The translations under genes were made by a program, and so were the position numbers. A DNA stretch of 64,000 bases, taken from positions 1,837,721 through 1,901,720 of the forward strand of contig CM120648.1 in assembly GCA_051362555.1 (NCBI GenBank), given 5' to 3'. The notes below the pieces were generated by a model that had not been told where the DNA came from, did no database searches, and saw only the letters and a list, made by a program, of their open reading frames with translations. Shown here in pieces: positions 61,478 through 64,000 of the stretch (the stretch's first letter is position 1; each line of letters opens with the position of its first letter). This stretch comes from Lingula anatina. Lineage: Eukaryota; Animalia; Brachiopoda.

Positions 61478-62280
61478 CTAAAACTCACTCAACATTATTT
61501 CGTCGGGTCCACACGAAGTCAAGCGGCTTTCTGTAACAGGTAACAAATCGATGGCTATCACGTTTATCCTATCACCCCGAGACACCGGTGAGCGTCTTTG
61601 CGGAAAACGCGCTGTCCTCCGTCGCCGTATACGTCTCATCAACACAGAGCGCAGTTCTTTGTGATACGTGATATATAGCAACGGGGTGAACATCGGGTAC
61701 GTCTTTGCGGCGAGGACAGGTACGCCAGCGACAAGCGGTGTCAGAAGCTCTTTGTCGCCGAAAACTCCAATCATAGCCACGATGACGTATGGGAGCCAAG
61801 GAACGACAAAGACTATCACAGTGCTGAGGGTCATTTGCGCAATGCGTACCAATTTCTGAGATTTAGTCGGGAACCTGTCCACCTTGAATTTCTTCAGGTT
61901 TGAGGACACCATGTGAATGTGCCGGAAAAGGCGCACGTTGGTGATTACGATCATCAGTAAAGGCAGTAAAAAACCAAAGCAGGCCAATGAGAGGACGAAG
62001 GAGGTGTCCTTCAACGTCGGCGTCAAGAAATCAAACGTACAAGAAGTCCCTGTGCTCTCTAGTATGTAGCGCCCCCAACCGAACACCGGCCCGATTACCC
62101 AAATAAAGGAATTTGTCCAGACGACAAGCAGATATGTCGTCACGCCCCTCAACTTACTTCCGGTTTGACCACGTGGTAACCTGCAGGTGATTTCCCGATA
62201 CATTTGTATTGATATCGCAGCCATGGAGTTGAAAGATGCTAAGGCAGATGCGCCAAACCCTATTCCGTATGCATAACAAC
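61478..62280 (-). CDS. Opsin (class A GPCR), terminal exon covering TM3 to the C-terminus; probably a divergent r-type (Gq-like, non-canonical) opsin; upstream exons not found in the window
   Basis: Acceptor ttctttttctcatttgAG at 62281-62282, phase 1. Reads GCYAYG..., FGWGRYILESTGTSCTFDF (E181 and C187 equivalents), WLPY, GVFGDKELLTPLVAGVPVLAAK (K296 equivalent) TYPMFTPLLYITYHKELR, resembling r-opsin TM7/H8 (PVxFAKxSxxxNPxxYxxxHPKFR). Confidence 0.85.
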
Positions 62281-62672
62281 CTCAAATGAGAAAAAGAACA
62301 TGTGATTATCTTGTGAGGAACGTTTTTAAATCATTAAATTTTCAAACCACCCAAAAGTTGGTAAAATATGCAGCTTTATGAGAAAGTTGAACGAACAACA
62401 CTTTCTTTGACTTTGTTACATTTTTGGCGAGGTGATTTTTCTACCCCTTACTTCTCTCAGCTATGATCCAAAGTTAAAAATGATAGCGAACGGCGAGATT
62501 CTAGTCTCTTTGCAGATCTCTGGCGCTGGATACACGTAATTTGCATCGGCGCATACAAGACGTCCGCCAGTTTAAGCCAATGCATATTACCTGCATATTA
62601 CCTGCTATGTTTGTTTAATGCATCCAGTTCTAAGTGATAGATAAATTGCTTAATTGAAGAACGACACGCACG

Positions 62673-62721
<49 letters not shown>

Positions 62722-64000
62722 GCACCAGCACAGGACTAGGTTTAAGTTTCTTGGTGCCGTTAACACTTTCAACATTATGGTGCCCCCATTACACATTAAA
62801 AATTCCGGCTACATACTCGTATATTTAATGTTCTATTGACTCTGTCATCCAAATACATAGTTTTTCCACTCTTTATTAAACATCCCCCTCCCCCTCTAAG
62901 TAATTTTGTTGACTGACTGCTCGGTGACCCCTTAGCCATGGTGCCCTAAGCACATGCTCTTGTCTCCCCTCCCCCAGGGACACAGGTTGATTTGTCACTG
63001 GCTATTCACAGATGTCTCTGGCTAATTTTGTACAATTTCGTGTCTTGGACAGACGATATAATTGATGTATGGCATTAGCTTCATAACTCAGCTGCCCTCT
63101 GGTATAGAATATGCATGATTAGTGTGCTAATGCTAAAATCCTACCTATACGAAAACTGGGAATTTAATGAGTATGTTACACTTCTAGTCGAATAGTTTCG
63201 TGTTTTTGTATAAAAAATATACAGCGTGTACTGAATGGTAAAATGTTGTCACTTTTTAATAATCAAATGTCAAAGAGTGGGAAATTTGGTCTAATTTTAT
63301 AAATCTAAAAAAAATATAATAAGGCGTTTCACGGGCGTGTCACTGGAAATAGTTTCAACTGAAAAGTTATAATCGTGCTTAGTTTATTATGAAAGCTTTC
63401 GGCCTGTCAGGTTCGACCAAAGATCAAAGGAGATCCCAACGCAATACATAATTTTCTAATGAAAAATTTAAAGTTGCTCTCAGAAACATAGCGCAGGAAC
63501 CTGTTCATGATAGATATTTGTATAATTACAGGTTTGTGAAATTTAAAAGTGACGCTCAGACATGTAGCGCAGAATATGAAACTGAAGAATTTACTGCTTG
63601 TACGATAAGAAACTGGTATAAAAAGCGTCACAGAGAGCAGCTCTTGGGGGGGGGGGGGGGGCGTAATAGAGCTGCATCTTGATCTTGTAAACTTACCCTT
63701 GTGGTTGCCTTGGATTCATGCTGTACACGCTTACGTGAAATTAAAGACAACAGGAGCCGGGATCGTGAGAGTGAAAGGTTGACCTTGTGTACGTTATCTT
63801 AAGTTACATAAGTGAAGTTAAAAGTCAATATGTTAGAACATGCTGCATTAAAAACACACAGATAAATGTTTTCTAAAGGGCAGCACATTCCTCATAGAAT
63901 ATTCATGGGTAATGAGAGCGATGTTTTGCGTTAGCAATGAAGTCATCTGCGTATCATCTTCAGTCTACGATTTCGATATCTGCATGATGCCTGCGTTACA

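Noticed and set aside
62583-62635. Duplicated CAGGTAATATG donor-like site as an upstream opsin exon
   Set aside because: The phase-1 frame contains a stop and shows no TM2-like sequence.
63407-63631. Minus-strand ORF as opsin TM1-TM2
   Set aside because: No GN or LAxxD motifs and no fitting donor; the upstream exons probably lie beyond the window.

Overview
AT-rich, intron-rich animal genomic DNA. The gene set and repeat types suggest an invertebrate, plausibly a lophotrochozoan such as a mollusc (inference). Four genes were reconstructed by hand with phase-consistent GT-AG junctions: (1) the last two coding exons of CEP104 (+, 408-1056); (2) a complete 14-exon DUR3-like urea transporter (-, 5031-15930, 778 aa) with a Cys-rich loop insertion; (3) a complete SLC12A9/CCC-family transporter (-, 41626-53242/56138); (4) the large 3' exon of a divergent opsin (-, 61478-62280) that keeps the retinal Lys but has lost the DRY and NPxxY motifs. 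SLC12A9 is the most unusual locus. It has two homologous start exons, each encoding a different N-terminus plus a different TM1, a U12-type intron, and a 29-bp minisatellite that repeats a real 5' splice site 8 times. The 25-kb DUR3-SLC12A9 gap holds Tc1 relics, nested MITEs, Helentron/HINE-like elements with internal satellites and minisatellites. No rRNA, tRNA or CRISPR array is supported.
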